Source: Promethearchaeota archaeon
GTDB lineage: Archaea > Asgardarchaeota > Lokiarchaeia > Sigyniarchaeales > Promethearchaeaceae
DNA length: 32,000 nucleotides
Direction of reading: 5' to 3'
Assembly (NCBI GenBank): GCA_016933055.1
Contig: JAFGBS010000011.1
Location: 1-32,000, forward strand
The position numbers and the translations under genes are program-made. Positions within the stretch are counted from its first letter, which is position 1; every line of letters begins with the position of its first letter. The notes under the pieces were generated by a model. The model was not told the DNA's origin, did not search any database, and saw nothing but the letters and a program-made list of their open reading frames with translations. Below, one piece after another: positions 26,282-32,000 of the stretch.

Positions 26282-29200
26282 GTGTTACAAAAGCAGTATG
26301 TTGTGGTCCATGGGAAAAAAATCTTCATGGATGAGAATGGTTGTTTAGATCTCCATCAAAAAGCAATCAGTAATATGAATCAAATCGAAGGTTTAAACGG
26401 TTTAGTTGGATTGAAGCATTTGATCATTGGAAATGCAACAATGGCTTATAAATTTGCTGACGATACTGAAGATGACGTTATCCTTTATGATTTTAATGAC
26501 TTCTCAGATTTTGTAATCGTAGAGTCCATGAAGTCTCTGGAAGTTCTTGAGGTCGTTCATCAAGAGCATCTTTTAAGATTTTCTGAGGAGTTAGGAGCCT
26601 TACCTTACCTTAAAGAAATGATATGTTATTTTTGTCCAAATCTTCGGGACATTCCAGAATCTATAGGAAACCTCTCAGCACTTGAGAAATTGCATTTTAT
26701 CGATTGCAATGCAATAAAAAAACTCCCAAATTCAATAGGATCTTTGAAAAAACTAAATGAATTTACGGTCAACTCACCGGTATTGACAGAACTACCAGAG
26801 AGTTTTAAAAATCTTACAAATTTAACAAAGTTAGATTTAAAATCCAATAAAATAATCAGCCAGATTCCAGGATTTGAATCCTTCAGTAACTTAATAACAC
26901 TTAATCTTGCGTATTGTGAATCTCTAAAACCAGAATCTTTCCAAAATTTGCAATTATCAAAAGTTGAATCACTTTATTTAAGAGGATGCCAGTTAGCGTA
27001 TAAAGATTATACATTTTTGAGTCAGTGTAGTAATTTGAAAAATTTGAGTATTGGGAATGATGAACTCATCAATACACCCGTGGAACTAAAATATTTGACT
27101 AAATTAGAGACTTTACATATTTATTCTTGCGCAAATTTGAAGACAATTGGAGAAGAGATTGGTGAATTAACAAATTTACTAGAATTGGAACTTACTTCAT
27201 TAGGTTCGTTAGAAAAACTTCCGAACTCAATTGAGAACCTCATTTCATTAAAGAAATTGAATCTCTCCTATTGCGATTCATTAAAAACTATCCCAGATAC
27301 ACTATCAAACCTAAGGTCATTAGAACAATTATACTTAATTGCAAATAAAATGCTATTATCTCTCCCAGAAGATGTTGGGTTATTAAAATCATTAAAAAAA
27401 ATGTATATATCGAAATCTGGAATAATAAATAATTTGCCAGATTCGATATGTAATTTGTCAAATCTTGAAGAATTTGTATATTTTGGTTCACCAAATGACC
27501 AGTTATCCGAAATTCCTCGTATTATCTCAGAGATTAGAAACTTAAGGAATTTGAAATTCAGTTTTTGTAGGTATTTAACCAAAATTCCCACGAATCTTAG
27601 TAATCTTAATTATTTAGAGACTTTGAGCCTAGTGGGAACTAAAATTGAAAATTTACCTGAAAATATTGTGAATTTGACTTCTTTAAAAGAGTTAGATTTA
27701 TCAAGTTGCAGAAGTCTCCTCCAATTGCCAGAAGGAATTAATAATTTGACAAATTTAGAAATTTTAAACTTAAATGACTGTGAAAAACTTGCTGCTTTGC
27801 CGGATAATATTGCTAACTTAAAGAATCTTAAAAATTTGAACATTGAAATGTGTCATGAAATAAAGGAAATCTCTGTGGATTTTAGTCACATGAGTTCTCT
27901 AGAAATTCTTAAAATTTTTTGTAAAAATCTTATGTCAATTCCAAATAGCATAGGAGAATTGACAAATTTAATCGAGCTCAAAATTGGGGCACAAATTCAA
28001 GAGATCCCTTTTAATTTTAATAAATTAAAATCATTAAAAATACTAAATCTTGAATATTGCAGTTCTCTAACCGATCTTCCAGAAGGTATAGGTAAATTAG
28101 TCAAACTTGAAAAAATGAATCTCTCAGAACTTCAAAAATTAAGATGTTTACCCGAAAGTATTGGACAACTCCAAAATTTGACTTTTCTCAATTTGAATGC
28201 TACTGGTATAGAGAGATTGCCAATATCTCTCGGAAATTTGAAATCCCTCAAGATCCTTGATATTCAATATTGCAAACAACTTCAAGAACTACCGAAAAAC
28301 ATAGGTGATATAGAAAATCTGGAAATTTTGGTTGCATCCGGATGCAGTCAATTGAAATCACTACCGATTTCCATTGGAAACTTAATATTTTTAAGGATAT
28401 TAACCGTTGGAATAGCATTTGAAAATTTCAATAAAATGTTTGACTATGGAATTGACGGGTATTATCAAGAATATTCCCATGAAGCTCCAGAGATATCCGA
28501 AAATAAACTAAGTTCTTTACCAAATTCATTCTGCAAATTAAGAAATTTAAAAATTTTAGATCTTGGAAACTCTCAATTCTTAGAGACTTTACCTAAGGAA
28601 ATTGGTAATTTAGAGAGTCTAGTTTATTTAAATCTATTTAATTGCAGACCTTTGGTAAATTTACCGGATTCTTTTTCAAATCTGACAAATTTAAAAGTTT
28701 TGGATTTAACCAGCTGTCATAGTTTAAAAAGCCTACCAGAGCCATTTTCTCTAAAGAATCTAGATATTTTACTGTGTTATGATTGTACAAATTTAAGAAG
28801 ATTACCAGACGGATTTGGGAATTTAAGCTCAATTAAAATAATCGATTTTTATGGATGTAATAGACTAGAGATCCTTCCAAGTTCGATAGGAAATCTAAAA
28901 AATCTTTTTTTCATGAGGCTTACTAGATGTAGGAGTTTGCAAAACTTACCAGAAACCATAGGCAATTTAATTTCATTGAGAAATCTATGTTTTGGGGATT
29001 ATCAACCTATTTCTGATCAATCTTTATCTTACATAGAAGAAACCATAAACAAATTCAAAACTGAAGGATTTTCTGAATATTATGGGAAACAATCTGCAGA
29101 ATCCGTACTTACAAGTCCAATGCTAGGATTGAGTGTAATTTACAATCAAGCAATACATATTAAATCATTACCAGAATCCATTGGGGATTTACATAATCTG

Positions 29201-30280
29201 GAAACATTAGATCTTAGCTATTTAGTAAACCTCAAATCAATTCCTGATAGTATAGATAAACTAAAATCCTTGAAGAATTTAAAACTCTCCTATTGTTTTT
29301 CCTTAGAATCCATCCCAGAGAGTGTATCGGAATTACAAAATTTAACCGAATTAGATCTCAGCTATTGTAAAAACGTTCCGAAAATTCCAAAAAATATAGG
29401 CAATCTATCAAATCTCACAAATTTGAACTTGAAGTATTGTATTTCCATTGAGAACCTTCCAGAAAGTCTACAAAATTTAAAAAATCTTAACAACTTGAAT
29501 TTACACAATTGTAAGCTTACAGAAATCCCCATATCATTAAGAAGCTTGGAGAATTTGGAAACTTTAGATTTAACAGAGAATTTATTTACCCCATCCGAAC
29601 TCGAGATCGCAAAAAACGATATTCCCGTAATTTTTGATTATCTCAAACGTAAAACTGCAATCAATGTTTTCATAAGTCATGCAGTTGTCGACTTTAAGAG
29701 CCACCGAATTGAAGATCTCGCTACATTTCTGGAGCACCAAAAGGAAATCTATCAAGCATACTTTTGCGAGGAGGATCTCGTGGGAAATATTGATGACTTC
29801 ATGAATGATATGTTACCTCAGTGTCAATTAGTCTTGTTTATTGGAACCCAAAAATCAGTGTTTAATTCAGTCGATTGCAGTCATGAAATCGAACTAGCTC
29901 GAAAAAATGATATACAAATAATCCCAATTAAGGGAATTGATATTGATTGGAAGGATCTAGAAGCAATTGGGTTAAGTCGGGAATTAGGAATTGAGTTTAA
30001 TTTGGAGCAATTTGATAAATTCTGTGAAGATGTTTATGATTACATTTTCCAATTCAAACGAAAAGTAGATTTATTTGATAAAAGTACGGCAAGAATTGAA
30101 AAGTTAATCCTCGAGTACGGAACTCTCATTAATGAAATCCTAAGTTCAGAAGCCTATAAGGAACTTTTTTCGAATAAATTTGCAGAACTCAAAACCTTGA
30201 AAGCAAATTTCAGATCTGATAAGATCGATTTCAGTGATTTTCTACAGGGTATGTATAAGATCTTAAAGAAAGATAATTAG
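26282..30280 (+). CDS. Large LRR protein (about 40 repeats, estimated) with C-terminal TIR domain
   Basis: LxxLPxxIGxLxxLxxLxLxxC repeats; TIR from aa 1127 (INVFISHA); SVDCSHE with E1202 at the catalytic-Glu position. Confidence 0.93.
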   Translation: MLQKQYVVVHGKKIFMDENGCLDLHQKAISNMNQIEGLNGLVGLKHLIIGNATMAYKFADDTEDDVILYDFNDFSDFVIVESMKSLEVLEVVHQEHLLRFSEELGALPYLKEMICYFCPNLRDIPESIGNLSALEKLHFIDCNAIKKLPNSIGSLKKLNEFTVNSPVLTELPESFKNLTNLTKLDLKSNKIISQIPGFESFSNLITLNLAYCESLKPESFQNLQLSKVESLYLRGCQLAYKDYTFLSQCSNLKNLSIGNDELINTPVELKYLTKLETLHIYSCANLKTIGEEIGELTNLLELELTSLGSLEKLPNSIENLISLKKLNLSYCDSLKTIPDTLSNLRSLEQLYLIANKMLLSLPEDVGLLKSLKKMYISKSGIINNLPDSICNLSNLEEFVYFGSPNDQLSEIPRIISEIRNLRNLKFSFCRYLTKIPTNLSNLNYLETLSLVGTKIENLPENIVNLTSLKELDLSSCRSLLQLPEGINNLTNLEILNLNDCEKLAALPDNIANLKNLKNLNIEMCHEIKEISVDFSHMSSLEILKIFCKNLMSIPNSIGELTNLIELKIGAQIQEIPFNFNKLKSLKILNLEYCSSLTDLPEGIGKLVKLEKMNLSELQKLRCLPESIGQLQNLTFLNLNATGIERLPISLGNLKSLKILDIQYCKQLQELPKNIGDIENLEILVASGCSQLKSLPISIGNLIFLRILTVGIAFENFNKMFDYGIDGYYQEYSHEAPEISENKLSSLPNSFCKLRNLKILDLGNSQFLETLPKEIGNLESLVYLNLFNCRPLVNLPDSFSNLTNLKVLDLTSCHSLKSLPEPFSLKNLDILLCYDCTNLRRLPDGFGNLSSIKIIDFYGCNRLEILPSSIGNLKNLFFMRLTRCRSLQNLPETIGNLISLRNLCFGDYQPISDQSLSYIEETINKFKTEGFSEYYGKQSAESVLTSPMLGLSVIYNQAIHIKSLPESIGDLHNLETLDLSYLVNLKSIPDSIDKLKSLKNLKLSYCFSLESIPESVSELQNLTELDLSYCKNVPKIPKNIGNLSNLTNLNLKYCISIENLPESLQNLKNLNNLNLHNCKLTEIPISLRSLENLETLDLTENLFTPSELEIAKNDIPVIFDYLKRKTAINVFISHAVVDFKSHRIEDLATFLEHQKEIYQAYFCEEDLVGNIDDFMNDMLPQCQLVLFIGTQKSVFNSVDCSHEIELARKNDIQIIPIKGIDIDWKDLEAIGLSRELGIEFNLEQFDKFCEDVYDYIFQFKRKVDLFDKSTARIEKLILEYGTLINEILSSEAYKELFSNKFAELKTLKANFRSDKIDFSDFLQGMYKILKKDN

Positions 30281-30283
30281 GCA

Positions 30284-30445
30284 CTATACAATTTTTGTAT
30301 CTTCATCCTCTGTAGGTTTCTTTTTTCCTTTTTGAGGATAAATACGGCTACGACGTTCTTTATCTTTCTTAAAAACTACACCATATTCTTCCGAATTGTT
30401 TTCTGTAACTTTTTTTTTCTTTTTTTTATTCTTAGTATCGGTCAA
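30284..30445 (-). CDS. 53-aa lysine-rich hypothetical protein (TTG start)
   Basis: Hand translation MTDTKNKKKKKKVTENNSEEYGVVFKKDKERRSRIYPQKGKKKPTEDEDTKIV*; convergent with LRR-TIR, 3-bp gap. Confidence 0.45.
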   Translation of the reverse strand: MTDTKNKKKKKKVTENNSEEYGVVFKKDKERRSRIYPQKGKKKPTEDEDTKIV

Positions 30446-30806
30446 TAATCCCACTACTTTTTCTTAGAAAGAACAGAAATTTAAATAATAGGGCAACTAG
30501 GAAGAATTTTCGATGAGTATGATCAAATTAGTCAATTAATCCTTCTCTAGCTTTTTTCTGGATGATTTTAATAATATCTTTATTAATTGGGCCTTTAACA
30601 ACTAAATCAGAGAAATATAAGGCATTAAAGAATATACGCAGTGTTATCAACTAATAATTTTCAAAAATCGACGTTTTCGCTTGGTGGGAGGTGGCTTTTT
30701 TACCGTTGGGGAGCGTAGCAATCACAAAAAATTCTTCATAGAAAACATTTCCCTCAATAATGATAACTACAGGTTCAAATTCTAAAGCGGCAGCTTTCGA
30801 GTATAG

Positions 30807-30983
30807 CTATCTCAACCATTTTTGAACTCCTTTTTTGCTAAAATATAACTGATGTTTTTCCTGAAATCGTATTTTCCTTTGGATTCGGAAAAATTTCCTT
30901 GTGCTTCCGTGCGAGCTTTTTTTTCTGACTTGCACAAATGGAATAGATACCGGAATAATTATTCCAACAGCAACTGCAGCTAC
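30807..30983 (-). pseudogene. Possible orphan TM anchor plus basic tail
   Basis: *VAAVAVGIIIPVSIPFVQVRKK...; no start codon. Confidence 0.3.
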
Positions 30984-31014
30984 TTATCTCCCAATAAACA
31001 CCAAATTATGTTGA

Positions 31015-31515
31015 TTAAGCTATTTCGGATAAAACTCTGGAATATAAATCTGCAGAGAGATACAATAGCTGATTAATTTTATTTAGTATATTAACTGCAG
31101 TTCGAGAATTGATGAAACTCTTCTTGTAATTTTCAATTAAAATTCCTAATGTTCCTTTCACTCTCAGTCCCAAATTTCTAGCATAAAGTCGAGCTTCTTC
31201 ATCATCCAGTAAAATACTATTGCTTCCTTGAAGAGAAAGTGCAAGAAGAATTGATTCAGACTCACCAGGATGAATATTCGAAAAATCTAGATTGTGCTCT
31301 ACTTTTTCTGGATTTTTTATGATTATTTTTTTATTTTTTATTTCACTGGCGATGAGGTGTCCATCATGATAATGTTCTGCAATTCCTTGCATTACCGCTT
31401 CTTCATATACCGCGGGAGGGATATAGACTTCATCGAATAAGTTGAATATAAGGTCAAGGGAGTTTATAGTAGAAAGAATGATTAAAGGGCTTGAGTTACT
31501 AATCGCTATTTTCAC
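31015..31515 (-). CDS. DUF3368-family PIN toxin
   Basis: ISNSSPLI, IPPAVYEE, IHPGESESILLA, LLDDEEAR, VKGTLGIL. Confidence 0.93.
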   Translation of the reverse strand: MKIAISNSSPLIILSTINSLDLIFNLFDEVYIPPAVYEEAVMQGIAEHYHDGHLIASEIKNKKIIIKNPEKVEHNLDFSNIHPGESESILLALSLQGSNSILLDDEEARLYARNLGLRVKGTLGILIENYKKSFINSRTAVNILNKINQLLYLSADLYSRVLSEIA

Positions 31516-31798
31516 CCAGTTCCCGCTCCAATTCTTCTATAGATAAGGGATATGGTATGTTTTCTTCTCGTAGAATTCTAAGAAAAGATCTATAAGATTC
31601 TCCACAGTATTGTGCCGCTTTCCAGACTGTCCAACGCCGTAATCGGACATTTTCAAGCGATTCTTGTCTTTTTACAACTTGCAATCCCTTTTCTATTATT
31701 TGCCGTGCTGCTGTGGATTTATCTACTTGATTCTTTTTGGCATATTCTTCTATTTCGCGTTCTTGGTTTTCTTCTAGCCTTATGGAGGTAGTTTTCAT
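31499..31798 (-). CDS. RHH + UPF0175-family antitoxin (ORF track starts at TTG 31801)
   Basis: KTTSIRL, DKSTAAR, WTVWKAAQYCGESY...LREENIP. Confidence 0.9.
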   Translation of the reverse strand: MKTTSIRLEENQEREIEEYAKKNQVDKSTAARQIIEKGLQVVKRQESLENVRLRRWTVWKAAQYCGESYRSFLRILREENIPYPLSIEELERELGENSD

Positions 31799-31801
31799 CA
31801 A

Positions 31802-31823
31802 GTATACAAATTCATAATTTGTA
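31802..31823. promoter_or_regulatory. Candidate operator: GTATAC core plus TACAAATT/AATTTGTA palindrome
   Basis: 31802-31807 and 31805-31812/31816-31823, immediately upstream of the antitoxin start. Confidence 0.5.
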
Positions 31824-31981
31824 ATAAATTCTTGGGTTTTTGAAACGGAATTTTTGACATCTAGAGGGATTAATTAAAAGCCTTGATTATTTGACGGCTG
31901 CGATTTTTTTAGTGTTAATTGTCGCATTAAAGAATATGATAAGGCATAATAAAATTCAAAATAGAATTATAAAAAAAAAAA

Positions 31982-32000
31982 CTACTTTCTTTTTCGCCCT
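31982..32000 (-). CDS. Probable last codons (GRKRK*) of a membrane-anchored protein entering from beyond the window
   Basis: Identical to the end of the anchor remnant at 18743-18761. Confidence 0.4.

Noticed and set aside
14732-28832. Short opposite-strand ORFs inside the ABC, archaeosortase, BspA, PKD and LRR genes
   Set aside because: Shadow ORFs of long, motif-supported genes.
1-32000. Prophage, IS element or integron as the carrier of the TA island
   Set aside because: No integrase, transposase, capsid or terminase motifs recognised, and no regularly repeated attC-like site between TA modules.

Overview
AT-rich archaeal DNA, most likely Lokiarchaeia/Promethearchaeota (inferred from an archaeosortase-family gene next to a surface protein ending in a Loki-CTERM-like 'VPGY-TM-basic' tail). 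1-9.7 kb: dense toxin-antitoxin (TA) island with 7 apparently intact pairs (RHH/MazF, PIN/UPF0175-like, AbrB/VapC, PIN/55-aa partner, RHH/VapC, and two head-to-head PIN + RHH-UPF0175-like pairs). It also holds an RHH-DUF5678-like-aspartic protease fusion and more than 10 shuffled TA remnants (DUF2283, MNT/HEPN, PIN, antitoxin tails). 11-19.7 kb: DedA/VTT protein with a long TPR-like tail, a 140-nt GC-rich rod-like hairpin (candidate ncRNA or mini-element), a poly-acidic protein, a MarR-linked ABC exporter and another RHH/VapC pair. 19.8-26.2 kb: archaeosortase, BspA/DUF285 surface protein, beta-helix + 4xPKD surface protein and anchor remnants. 26.3-32 kb: 1332-aa LRR-TIR protein, a small Lys-rich ORF and a UPF0175/DUF3368 TA pair. 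Best candidate for an undescribed system: the divergent PIN/RHH-UPF0175 module, with a conserved 52-bp spacer and one central TATA box, present twice intact and once collapsed. No rRNA, tRNA, CRISPR array, integrase or transposase was recognised. All family calls come from motif recognition by eye, not database searches.
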